A stretch of 63,986 bases of DNA, the filler included, from Phoronis australis (Eukaryota; Animalia; Phoronida), in NCBI GenBank assembly GCA_002633005.1. It is 8 parts of 8 records of this genome, joined end to end, with 100 filler letters (N's around TTAATTAATTAA, not from the genome) between each part and the next. Parts side by side here need not be neighbours in the genome. Positions count along the whole stretch, not along the records: positions 1 to 24,049 come from NMRA01000467.1; positions 24,150 to 32,621 come from NMRA01000365.1; 6 more parts are not named here. One strand, given 5' to 3'. The position numbers were made by a program, and so were the translations under genes. Position 1 is the stretch's first letter; each line of letters starts with the position of its first letter. The notes under the pieces are model-generated. The model did no database searches. It was not told the origin of the DNA and saw nothing but the letters and a program-made list of their open reading frames with translations. This document shows positions 13,040 through 24,202 of this stretch, in pieces.

Positions 13040-13310
13040 GATTCAAGTCTTTTACTCTCGTAAAATTGGTCATATTATATTCGTTAACGTGATAGGATTC
13101 TATTTCCTTTAACAACGAGAACATAGAAACCATCAACAACTAAAAGACATGTTTCAGAGTTTATTAAGTTTGGCCAACCTTAAAATTGCGAGTTTAAAAA
13201 TTTTGTATGGAAATTAGGAATTGTCTTTGACTTGCGTTGTTAACGACAATAGAATACTATCACCGTAAGCAATATGACGAGACCGATTTTGTAAGAGTAA
13301 GAGACTTAAT
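13040..13310. mobile_element. Degenerate fold-back MITE in NOX intron
   Basis: AAGTCTTTTACTCTCGTAAAATTGGTC...GATAGGATTCTATT is an imperfect inverted repeat of AATAGAATACTATC...GACCGATTTTGTAAGAGTAAGAGACTT. Confidence 0.55.
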
Positions 13311-13354
13311 TCAATTTTCGTTCGTTACCCAGCTAAACAATGCGAATCCTTTAA

Positions 13355-14748
13355 TGATATCTCCAACCTTATTCACATAAATTGGCAATTTTTACAATAT
13401 TGCACCTGTGTCTAGCAAAATACCTTATCTTCATTCTCGGGGAACTTTAAATACAAAATATATACCCAGTAGCGAGAAAAAAAGATAGAGCAGAACCACC
13501 TTGGAACCGCACAACCGCATGGATATTTGTTTACTATTTATCCAAGGTCAAAGGTTACAGGGCATTCAATTAAATCGAATCTCCCGCCAGGTACAGAACA
13601 GCTTCGTATACCTCAGTCACTTCATTCACAAAGTCGCCATAACGTTGAACCAACGAGGTGTACTTGTGATAGAATGCCACCGGGGAAAACAAAGACATAA
13701 CGTAGTTTTGACCCTAAGGGAGTTGCGCGTCTACATGCATACGACCGTTCGCGTTGAAAACGAAGGCTACGAGTTGCCTCAGGCCTCTGTGGTCATGAAC
13801 ACAGAAAGTTGTGAAAAGAGATAAATCCTCACTCTAATTCCTTAATTCAATTAATAAGTTGACACTTCGGTGTTTCGATCTCATGCTAACGACATACTTT
13901 GACCACTGATTCGGTTTTTGTTATCCATTTCTTGCTTGGTTTCGTATCAGTCTCCCAACACGTGACATGTATAGGCTATGAACTGTGACTTAGAAAGTAA
14001 GTCATAAACAACCGTAAAAGTTGGCTGGGAACAATATGTCTATTTGAGGTTTTAATGATAAATAAGTTAGTTACGCACTGCAAAATCAGTTGACATTGCG
14101 AATGAACGGTAAAATAGCTAACATTATGATAGTTAAGGATTGTATTGGTTATGTGTACCGAAAACAATTTTTCACCGAATAATTAACCGAATACTTTGAG
14201 ATTTTCACGTGTTTAATAGGCTTTTTCTCGGCTTCGGCAAATCGACTTAATTTGAACTTAGGAACACTACTTCTCGAAAACGACTTGATGGATTTCGCTG
14301 AAACTTTCTAAACTTAATATCAATCTCTTAGGATTTTTGATATAAAGGCTCAGTTTTCGCGTAATGTGGCAAAAAGAATAGAACTTCAAATTTTTACAAA
14401 AAATACCATACGTTTTACGAGTTTATGTGTCATAGAAACCAAAAGGACGGAGTAATCGAAAATTCCTAACAGCGTTTTTGAGGTAACTGGTTAAGTTTTC
14501 ATTTTAAAAAGGTTTCATAAAATCGACCGAGGGGCTATTTTGCTATGAATGTACCTTTCTTAAAAATGAAATTTTGACTTAAAAAGGATATTACGTAACA
14601 ATATTGATAGAACATAAATACAAAAAGTATATTTATATTTCCTGGTCTTTGTTCATTCGAAAAATATATACTTTTACTAGTTGACAAAACTTAGTTTTTT
14701 TGACATACGAGTTAGAATGGAGGCCACTAAATAAGGTTGGAGATAACC
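13355..14748. mobile_element. Non-autonomous Kolobok-type DNA transposon (TTAA target site) in NOX intron
   Basis: TTAA|TGATATCTCCAACCTTATT ... AATAAGGTTGGAGATAACC|TTAA: ~19-bp TIR flanked by TTAA on both sides; no ORF. Confidence 0.7.
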
Positions 14749-15314
14749 TTAACTTCACAAATGAATTTTATCGTTTCTAAAATGTATTGGAAGTCATTAT
14801 ATGAACGGTATAATGGTTCTGAAGCAAACATTGCATTCAGAAACTTAAAGAAGGATGCCAACGTCAATAAAGGTTAACGTAAATAGTCAAATAGCTTTTA
14901 GAAATGATGTTAAAACACCACAGCCTGAAAGCTGCTTTAGGTAGTCAAGAAAACGAATTTCGACACATCCATAACCCTTTTCAGTGAAAGTAAGTGATAC
15001 TTTAATTTCTAGAACAATAATAGGCCCAACAATTCCATACGTGCTGTTGCTTTGATAGAAGCTTTTCTATAATACATGTACTGTGAAGATCGGAGTGTTC
15101 GTGAAACTCTAGCACTGCATTATCCGTTTTCCTATTCATAGACAATGATGAACTTATAAGCTGTTCATTGATTGAATCGATTGTTTGTACAAACGATGGT
15201 CCTCCTTACAAGCAATACTATTGATGAAGAAGTTATCTTCATTTCAAATGAAACAACAAACAAAATGAATGAAAATTGGCATGTTCTAAAATCAAGCCTG
15301 GAATCATTTTCTAC

Positions 15315-15510
15315 CATGTCTGCGTCCCACCCGCGAGTGAGATATATGTTGTAGTCAAGAAACTCTGACAAGCCTCCCTCAGTCGATCCCATTTTATTTT
15401 CAAGCTCCTGCAGAAGGTCAGAGAACCATTCGAACGCGTTGGTGTTGGGACAAATCCAGAAGAAGTACACCTTTTTCAGTTTCTGGGATTTATCGTTGCT
15501 CATCTGATAC
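15315..15510 (-). CDS. NADPH oxidase (NOX2-like) exon, NADPH-binding region
   Basis: (W)YQMSNDKSQKLKKVYFFWICPNTNAFEWFSDLLQELENKMGSTEGGLSEFLDYNIYLTRGWDADM; AG/GT sites. Confidence 0.93.
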
Positions 15511-15774
15511 CTGAAACAGCAGGTGATATTTTGCCGTGGCGATCGCAAGAGAGTCAGTGATGTTTGTGAGCTCAAGAAGTGTTTGGCTTGGAAGGGAGCA
15601 GGAACCAACAGAAACCCATAAGTTGTTGTATTTCTTGTTCCACGATACCATAAACACAGTTTGTTGGGAATTGTTTAAATTACAAACAATATGTATTATT
15701 TTTGTTATTTTTTAATTTGATGCATTGGAATTCTAAGACAGTCCTCTGCCTGATTTGTCAATTGCCATACCTAC

Positions 15775-15857
15775 CAGATGTGTTTCAGAATTGAAGCAAA
15801 TGGAGTGACACCAATTCCAGTTCCAACAAGGATATCAACGTCGTAGCGGAACACGTC
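15775..15857 (-). CDS. NADPH oxidase (NOX2-like) exon with GxGxTPF NADPH motif
   Basis: DVFRYDVDILVGTGIGVTPFASILKHI(W); AG/GTAGGT sites. Confidence 0.93.
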
Positions 15858-16305
15858 CTAGTAAAACAAACGTCAGTTTGAAAAAATCCCCAAATACTAT
15901 AGTCCACTCTATGTTACATCATATTATTCGAGTTTCTAATTGAAAATAATTCATCAATCAGGCGATTTTTCGATTCATTTGAATGGTTAATTTTCGAAGT
16001 TAAGTTTCGACAGACGATTTCGGGCCTGAGATAAAAACGATGAATATTTTTAACTCGTTTTTTCACTTGCTTGAGTTAATTGCGGCTGCTGAAGTACACT
16101 TGGAGTTAATGGCCTATAGCAGACTGCAGATATATAAAAATAATGGCAGACACACCGCAAGCATAGTTTTTGCCATAGCTGTTGGTACAAGCATGACGCG
16201 CAAAAACGCTCAGGTTTCATGTGTCTAATAGCGCGAGTGAATTTCAGAAGCTAAAGGGCGAAAACACAAAATGCAAACATCCATGTACAAGATATTAATA
16301 CTTAC

Positions 16306-16342
16306 CTCACTAGCTGTACCGAAAGGTCCATCGACAGCGATC
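16306..16342 (-). CDS. NADPH oxidase (NOX2-like) 37-nt exon
   Basis: (R)IAVDGPFGTASE; TATAG acceptor, GTAAGT donor. Confidence 0.92.
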
Positions 16343-16717
16343 CTATAAACGAAAAAAATAACTTCTAAACATATTTGTGGTAAAAAAGTCATAACGCATT
16401 TTTTTTAGTTTCTGCGTACAGTTACCAAATGAATGTACATTAACTCTTCCAATGCTAATTAAGGGCGCCTTTCAGCGTTCTTCAACAGTCGAACCTGTCA
16501 CGTGAATATGTTTCACGACGTCCATGGGTCAGACTTCCACAGAAACAAAAGGTAAAAAATCGATTAGCTTTTGGATACGAGCAGGGACAAGGCGCTTATG
16601 TAAAGTTCAGTGGTGTTCGTCTGGATGTGAGGAAGAATTATGGCGCCCGGTATGTGGGCTTACCACTTCAGGAACGTTGAGAGCATATTGACAGATTCGT
16701 ATTTTAATTAGTTTTAC

Positions 16718-16827
16718 CTCGGTAATGGTTTTGATTGAGATTCGTCTGCACACAACGCGCTGGCAAGAGCATTTGTCCAGTCGCCCACTTGACGAATGTG
16801 AACACTAAAGTAATCTTCTTCTGGGGC
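16718..16827 (-). CDS. NADPH oxidase (NOX2-like) exon, FAD-binding region
   Basis: APEEDYFSVHIRQVGDWTNALASALCADESQSKPLP; AG/GTAAAA sites. Confidence 0.93.
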
Positions 16828-16985
16828 CTACAAGAAGAGAAGCGTACATTTCTTGAACCAATTCCAAAAACCCGATAACTTATGCTGGAGCAGTCACGGA
16901 AAAGGTTCTTGGGGTCATTTAGCACGCCTATTCTTATTTCCGCTCTTTAACAAATTACTGTAACGGCATAACAAACCATACTCAC

Positions 16986-17120
16986 CGATGTTAGGGTGAA
17001 CGGATGCCACTCAAAGCGAGCAACATGAGGGCAATTCACAAATATGTATTCCCCAGCCGCCATCTTAAAACCATTTTTCTTCATCTGTATTTCTATCACT
17101 TTCGATGGGTGCTTTATAAC
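16986..17120 (-). CDS. NADPH oxidase (NOX2-like) exon with HPFT FAD motif
   Basis: [45 protein letters not shown]; AG/GTGAGT sites. Confidence 0.94.
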
Positions 17121-18194
17121 CTAGATGAAACAATTTGCTTCAAGAAAGTGCATATTGTTGTGAAATAGCAAAAATCATAATCACAATACTGGCAGAACAA
17201 AGCTTGCAACTATATGAGGATATAGAATTTTTTTCTCACATTCATAGTAACCTAGAAAACGAACATTCTACTGAAAGTGGCAATTATACATTGTATTTCG
17301 TTTGGTCTACAGTCTCACAACACGCCACAAATGCAATATCATATTTTTCGCCAAAATGACATAAGTGGTTCTGGTTTGAGATTTTTGGAAAATTGACGTG
17401 ATAATGGGATGATTTTGGTCAATATTTACCAGAATACAACAAAACACCCAGTGCCAGCTGAAATGGGTCGGAATTCTTACTTCTTAACCAACGCCATCTG
17501 GTGCCAGTGTTGGAAGCGCATGTTTGGAAATGAGTCGGACGCAGACCAGGATAGAGTTCAATAACGCTAGGACCTTGCTAGAAAAGCAAGACTTCGCGAG
17601 ATATTTCTGCGTGTTTTAAATGAGAACATGTGATTTTGGCTAGCCGCAAGACAGCCACTGAACTCCACACAGAACTATTTATGTTATGTTTTTACCCAAC
17701 ATACTTCCACTAGGTTTACTCATAGAACTCTAGCCCCGAAATGCTAAGTCCCGCATGTGGCCTATTCTGTTATTAGAGATTGTGGTCCGATCCCGAAACT
17801 AGCCGCGAGAGTTTGCACAATGAACTTCCGTCTGTCTAGTCGACTGAGTAGTGATCGAATGCTGTAGTTATCAAATCAAGCCAAATTTCATTGCTTCATT
17901 TTCATTTTCTTAATCAAGCAAGACTCTTGAGGTACGGTTCCATACAATCAGCGATTTCTCGGCAAAATTAGTCAATAATCCGACAATGGGCATTCTTTAT
18001 AAGCACCGATCTTTGGCCCTGGTTGCATGCCGGGGATATTCTGACCTCTCACATCTTTTTAGCCCCACTCTTAGAATCACTTTCGACAATGTTACTGTAC
18101 TTAACAGAAAGACGTGACATTTGGTTTTTAAGTGAAACGTTCAAGCGCAACGGGTGCGTTTAAGTTCCTTCCGAAAAACTAACTGCGTAGCTAA

Positions 18195-18237
18195 GTGTGT
18201 GTGTGCGTGCGTGCGTGCGTGCGTGCGTGTGTGCGTG
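18195..18237. repeat. (GT)n/(GCGT)n microsatellite
   Basis: gtgtgtgtgtgcgtgcgtgcgtgc... seen directly. Confidence 0.9.
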
Positions 18238-18595
18238 TAGAAATTAATAATGTTTTCAACTGTTTCTGTAATTCATTTGTGCAATGTTTACCTGTTGTCC
18301 ATATACTTTTTTGTTAATTCGATTTTTGACCCACGGGAAACTAGGTCGCAAGCTCGTCGCATAGATATTGAAATAGATAGACGTATCTATTTCTCACTTT
18401 GTTTTTTCTTTCTTATAATAAAGATAATGGCAAGCATTTATCGGTAAGAGGCTGTGACCTGTGTTGTTTTGTCCAACAAGACGTAACAAAGGAAAACAAT
18501 GGAAGTGTCCCATAAGCAATAACCATGCGACGCGCTTACACCCGCCGCAAGGATCTCGCAAATTAAACAATGCCTCGCTACATCCATATGACGTC

Positions 18596-18868
18596 ATTTG
18601 GCATGGGACTGAGCGGTGAGTGTTACCTGTGGTATTTGGCATGGGACTGAGCGGTGAGTGTTACCTGTGGTATTTGGCATGGGACTGAGCGGTGAGTGTT
18701 ATCTATGGTATTTGGCATGGGACTGAGCGGTGAGTTTTATCTGTGGTATTTGGCATGGGACTGAGCGGTGAGTTTTATCTGTGGTATTTGGCATGGGACT
18801 GAGCGGTGAGTGTTATCTATGGTATTTGGCATGGGACTGAGCGGTGAGTTTTATCTATGTTATTTGGC
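18596..18868. repeat. Minisatellite, 38-bp unit x7, in NOX intron
   Basis: GGTATTTGGCATGGGACTGAGCGGTGAGTGTTACCTGT with variation confined to the last ~10 nt. Confidence 0.96.
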
Positions 18869-19114
18869 TATGCCCGTGAAATAAAATTCAAAAAATGAAA
18901 AGTCTATCTTGTAAAGAATCCAATCCAATCTGACCGCGTAAATTGTACTTGCTCTTGGCAGACGACTCCACTTTTTGAATTTTTGTCGTCATCCCGCCAC
19001 GCCATTAAAACGTCTTGCTTTTTGACAGATTGAAAAATTGAAATATTATCCTACAATATTATACTATTGTAATTTCCCACGCGGCTTAGCTCTATTTTCT
19101 CGTTCAGTTTACAA

Positions 19115-21036
19115 ACAAGAGCAACGAGGAGCGTTAAAATGCTCCCACGAATACACTGCAAACGATGTGCTTCTGGGATGTTTATTTTGATCATAAAAAT
19201 GACCTCTGAATGGCGCAAAATACTTCAAATCCATCAAAAAACGGGTAATTGTCACCGTTTTTAACAGAAAGCTACTTACCACATTTCATGAAAATCTGTC
19301 AAGGAACTTTAGAGAAACAAAGCAAAACCGAAAAAAATGAAATTGCCACAAAGGGGCAAAGCGTTAGCCAGATCCGTGTGAAAGTTGTCGTCTTCCGTTT
19401 TCAACTATATATGTATACACTTGATAAATTTGATAAAGATCCTGCAAAGGTCTTATCAGATTCTGCTAAGGGGGGCAAAAAACAAATTTCTCACTAGGAG
19501 GAGCCATAGCAGTTCAAGTCGGAAAATCATCGTCAGTCGTCCTCTTCACACTAAGAGCATATACACTAAACCAACTTCCACAATCATCCTACGAGTGGTT
19601 TGGTTGACAGAGGGCGGACGCCAAAAACAGGCAAGAAAACAACTAAAATGGCCACAAGATGGCGCAAATACGTCGAATCCTTCTGAAAACTGGAAAATAT
19701 TACCGCTTCTTTAAAAGACAGCTATTTACCAAATTTCATGAAAATTCGTCGAAGAACTTCAGAGAAATAGAGGAAGGAAGAAACAAGAGCAACGCAGAGC
19801 ATTTAGGGTTATTTATTTGTATCATAGATGGCGCAACAACATACAATCCATCCAAAAACAGGAACATGCCAAATTTCATAAAAATCTGTCACGGAACTTC
19901 AGAGAAACAAAGGAAAACAAAATAAAATGAAATTGCCACTACTGGGTACAGTGTCCGTTGGATCCGCCTGAAAGTCGTCGTCGTCTGTTGTTATCTTCAT
20001 ATAAATGCACGTACTAAATTTAGTAAAGATCCTGCTGTAGGTTTAAGAGATACAACTATGGACGCAAAACAAAACTACCACTAGGAGGATCCACAGTAAT
20101 CAGTCACCATCATCAAAGGTCGTCTTCACACTGAGAACATATATGCCAATTTTCAAATGATTTGGTTGATACAGGGATGGACACCAAAAGCAAGATTTGA
20201 AAACAGTAAAAGTGGCCACTAGGTGGTGCAAAATACCTCGATTCCATCCAAAAACAGGCAGATAGCATCATCATTACACCAATAGATGCCTATATTTAAA
20301 ATTTTATGAAAATCTGTTAAGGATCTTTGAAGATACTGAGTTAAACGTAAAAAACTAAAATTGCCACTAGAGGACACAGCAATAGACAGATCTGTCTGAA
20401 AGTCGTCGTCATCCGTAGTCGACATCATATAAATACACTTGCTAAATTAAGTAAAGATCCTGCGAACGGTTTAGGAGATAAAGCCATGGGCGCAACAAAA
20501 ACAAAACTGCCACTAGGAGGCGCCAAAGTAGTCGAAATCGTCGGAAAATCATCATCAACCATCCTCTCTATAGTAAGCACATACATACCAATTTTCAGAA
20601 TTATCCTGAAAGCGCTTTGGTTGATAGAGGAGTGGACGTCAAAAAACAGACTCAAAAACAGTAAAAAATAGGCCACCAGGTGGCGCAAACTACGTCGAAT
20701 GCATCCGAAAACGGGAGGATATCGTCGTTTGATTATATACCAAATTTCATGAAAATACCTTGAGGACGTTTGAAGATACAGAGGTAAACGTAAAAAAACT
20801 AAAATTGCCACTAGGGGTCCACCCGTGGTCGGATTCGTCCGAAAGTTCGCTCATGTTGTCCCATTCATGTATGGAACACATGTGCAAAATTTCATCAGCA
20901 TACGTCAATCGGTTTTGGAGATAGAGCAGCGGACGCCGGACACCGGACCCCGGACGGACGCCACGTGGACGGACGGACGGACGGACGCAGATGACGGCAT
21001 TATGCGTCCAAATATAAATACCCGGGGGCATAAAAA
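19115..21036. mobile_element. HINE/DINE-1-like element (with nested second terminus at ~19783) in NOX intron
   Basis: ACAAGAGCAACG terminus, ~150-bp monomers, (GGAC)n microsatellite ~20930-20987, degenerate terminal hairpin then A-run. Confidence 0.8.
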
Positions 21037-21691
21037 TGTATAATTTTGGATGAATGCCTGACTAAATTCTTCAAACAACTGTAACTTATCCATATTCTAA
21101 AATATCTGTCTTGATAGCGTAGAAATCTTTTGAATCCTTTAAATTACTTCTCTGCTGGTTTAATTGTTCATTTATAAAACATCTCTGGTTCATTTCCCTT
21201 TGTTTTTTGTTATTACACCTTGTTCGCACTTTGGTAACGCTCAGGTATGCGAAATGATTATTATATATTAATTAAATTATTTTTATTTATCCTTTGCTTC
21301 TGATATAATTGTACACCATCAACATTTGATAAAGGGTTTTCTAATGCTATGACTCTCATTCAATTCGGTAGAAAAAAATTAGAGCTGCGAAAAGTTTTAG
21401 AGTTAGTAAATCCCATAGCAATAACCAACACTGGAAGAAACGAATGCAAACAAATGAAACGCATGCGCGACGCAGCCTCGCCAGCGCGCCGAGATCGAAA
21501 TTGGTATTCCATGGCTAGAGTTCTATGGTTTATTCAACGTAAAAAGAAAACATTAACCATTTATCTCTGAACACTATCCGAATACCTCACTTTCGAACAC
21601 GAGGTTTTGGCAAAATAACGCAAGTATTTGATGTTCCGAAGTTCAATGAAAAGAATTCATTCTCAGTAATTTCCCAAAAAAATCAATTCAC

Positions 21692-21784
21692 CTTTGAAAT
21701 GACGACTTTCTGTGATTTTCGCCATATTCGAATGCATCTTTCTGCTATGTACAGAACCATCGGAGCTATAACCCACATCCACGT
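21692..21784 (-). CDS. NADPH oxidase (NOX2-like) exon, last transmembrane helix
   Basis: TWMWVIAPMVLYIAERCIRIWRKSQKVVISK, matching gp91phox [39 protein letters not shown] sites. Confidence 0.93.
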
Positions 21785-22603
21785 CTGAAAATTTTAATAA
21801 AAGCAAGAAATAAGATTTCTCAAAAGTCTTAATAGTTCAAATTCACTTGATACTAGGCACAATAGATATGTTTTGTAAATGTGATATTACTATTTCATTG
21901 TAGAATAGCCAAAATAATGTTTAATTAGCTGTAAATAGCTTTCAAACTCCAATGTTCCAGGCATGGTGCAAACGGCAATTCTCCCTTGGGAAATTCAATT
22001 CTGCCATAGGACATTTGAGTGTCCTATATGAGGTTTCTTTAATTGTGCCATGTAACAATACGAATCGTAAATCAATAATAAATTTGTGGCATGGGTTTGT
22101 CATAACTAATGCTATTCAGCATTTCATAAGAGCATTAAGTGTATAGATATATTATCAGAAAATGTCATACGAAAAGAGGAGCTCTAGCTGAAAGTTTATG
22201 AACAATGTCCGAGCCCCTATTGGGACGGTTTCATGCAACCCGTCACTTGTCCTCTTAATCTTGAAGGAATACCACGACTGAAACAACGCAAGTTAATAGA
22301 TTACACAACCATTAATGTGGTTACATGAACCTAAGAATGTAGGACAAAAATATTCGAACTCTCCGACTTCACTACTGAAACATTTACCGTGCAATTGTTA
22401 GCACTGCACCCTTTTAGAAATGATTTCTACAAAATATCTGAGTATGTAGCAGCTATGGCTTTATTTCCTATTTAGGCTTGCTGACGTGGGACTGAATTAT
22501 TTCTGGAAAATAGTCAATTATTCTGAGCGTAAGAGGAAATTTCTGACTCCCTCTGTAGTTGCCAGCAACTTTACCACATAACGTGCCCGTTGTTTTTACT
22601 GAC

Positions 22604-22727
22604 CTGAGGTGTTGACGATGAAAATTCTGGTACGCTACACTGCGAACCGACACCCCAAGTCGAAGGCGTCTTACTGCAGACCTCCGGGTCATGGTTAGCT
22701 GTGTTGATTTGGGTTCTTACAACTCCA
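22604..22727 (-). CDS. NADPH oxidase (NOX2-like) exon, extracellular loop E; more 5' exons are not in this contig
   Basis: GVVRTQINTANHDPEVCSKTPSTWGVGSQCSVPEFSSSTPQ (two Cys, WG, P.F pattern of loop E); AG/GTCAGT sites. Confidence 0.88.
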
Positions 22728-23278
22728 CTGTAAACGTTTAAAAAAGTGCGTTTCTAAACATGTCAAAGTGCGTTTCACATTTTAAAAAGAACTTTTTGTT
22801 GCAATTGTGCAAGTGTTCAATTTATTAAAAAGACACTTAAAACCATTTTATACATAACTATGAGATCACTCGCGTGACTAACGTAGACGAGTAATCAAAA
22901 GCCAAGAGGAAAAAGCATTCACCTTTAGCCACGGAATCCCCCGTGTGAAACGTTGAGTAAGTACAATAGCAGGAGAAGTAATACGTTTTGATTCGTGACG
23001 AAATTGCCAAAGCGGGGTTTAGTATCCTAACATTGCACAATTCATTTCTGGGGTTCACTGATTTTACTGGCAATTTAGCGACTAAACTAAACTATTCTTA
23101 GCTGATAACAAAATGACAATCCAAGTTGACTTTTCGTTCAGTATGTCGAAATGCTGGTTAAATTAGGGATCAAAACATTTGAAACGTCAATATGAAGTTC
23201 GGCATTATCTAGAGGTTTCTATGATGGCCCGTTGGGAGGAAGTGTCGCCGGAAAAATGTGAGCGTACATTACGCCGCT

Positions 23279-23674
23279 ATTTACGCCGTATAATTACGAG
23301 CATAATTTAATTCTTTACGGCGTAAAATTACGCTCGTAATTTAACTTAAACTCTTAGCCAATGACGTTCGGTTTTACAACTCACGCGCCCGCTCATGTAA
23401 ATTCTTATTTACTGACGGGTTACATGTCTACGCAACGAGCGCTGAATCATGGCGGAAAAAATTGCTGATGCAATGTCAGCGATTGTGCAAGAACGAGCTG
23501 CCCAGCAGCAGTCGTGTATGTTAGGTTAACACTGATTGGTTTAAATTTGAAACGTTCTTAAGGTATTCTACGAGCTTTATTCACGGTGACATTTACCCCA
23601 TTTAATTTACGGGCGTAATTTTACTGCAACACTTTTGCAACTTAATTTACGCTCGTAATTACAAGCGTAATTTT
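23279..23674. mobile_element. MITE-like element with reiterated TTACG(C/A)(T/G)CGTAA inverted ends
   Basis: Left TAATTACGAGCATAATTTAA..GTAAAATTACGCTCGTAATTTAA is the inverted counterpart of right TTTAATTTACGGGCGTAATTTTAC..TTAATTTACGCTCGTAATTA. Confidence 0.55.
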
Positions 23675-23697
23675 CACGAAAACAACAACGGATTTAA

Positions 23698-23745
23698 AAC
23701 TTGACATGTTTCGGTGTCATTTATTAAACACCATCCTCAGAAGTC
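23698..23745 (-). ncRNA. Minimal type I hammerhead ribozyme (Penelope-associated)
   Basis: Minus strand GACTT-CTGAGGA-T-GGTGT-ttaataaatg-ACACC-GAAA-CATGTC^AAGTT: stem I, CUGANGA core, stem II, GAAA, palindromic ACAUGU stem III, GUC cleavage triplet. Confidence 0.8.
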
Positions 23746-23825
23746 ATAATACAGTGGCCACCTAGCTAGGCCCAGCAACAAGTAGTGAAGCACAGATACA
23801 GTCAGTTACAGGGAGTGACAATGAA

Positions 23826-24047
23826 CTATACCAACAATGACAACCTGTGGTGTGTCAGTTGCCTATTGAGATTGGGCTTGCACCAACTGATATGTAAAAC
23901 CTCACGAATTTTAAGCTCCTTTGTTGTTACTGCCTGGTCTATTATTGCAAAGTCATTGAAAGAGCACTGCTGATAACAATGATTGGAGCTCTGCAGGTGA
24001 ATATTTACATGTGAATTACTGTCAGAATTTAGATGTTCCTTGGTCCT
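23826..24047 (-). mobile_element. Penelope-like retroelement, GIY-YIG endonuclease C-terminus (cut by contig end)
   Basis: Uninterrupted RTKEHLNSDSNSHVNIHLQSSNHCYQQCSFNDFAIIDQAVTTKELKIREVLHISWCKPNLNRQLTHHRLSLLV* (R..EH, F.IID, LKI.E..HI, P.LN motifs), followed by a hammerhead. Confidence 0.85.
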
Positions 24048-24049
24048 GG

Positions 24050-24149
24050 NNNNNNNNNNNNNNNNNNNNNNNNNNNNNNNNNNNNNNNNNNNNTTAATTA
24101 ATTAANNNNNNNNNNNNNNNNNNNNNNNNNNNNNNNNNNNNNNNNNNNN
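24050..24149. other. Artificial contig spacer (44 N + TTAATTAATTAA + 44 N); same spacer at 32622-32721, 38327-38426, 43688-43787, 50662-50761, 53362-53461, 59996-60095
   Basis: Seven identical 100-nt spacers; the 12-mer has stops in all six frames; genes truncate at them. Confidence 0.97.
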
Positions 24150-24202
24150 GGCGTGGCAAATATACTCTTCTTTGTCTTTCCTTTTCCATACTTTCCAAAA
24201 GT
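24150..24202 (-). CDS. SMNDC1: SMNDC1/SPF30 exon (truncated at contig end)
   Basis: TFGKYGKGKTKKSIFATP, matching the KRSIFASP motif; GATAG acceptor. Confidence 0.88.

Noticed and set aside
17481-17577. Possible extra NOX exon with AG/GTAAG boundaries
   Set aside because: Stop or phase mismatch; exons 21692-21784 and 16986-17120 already join without a gap relative to gp91phox
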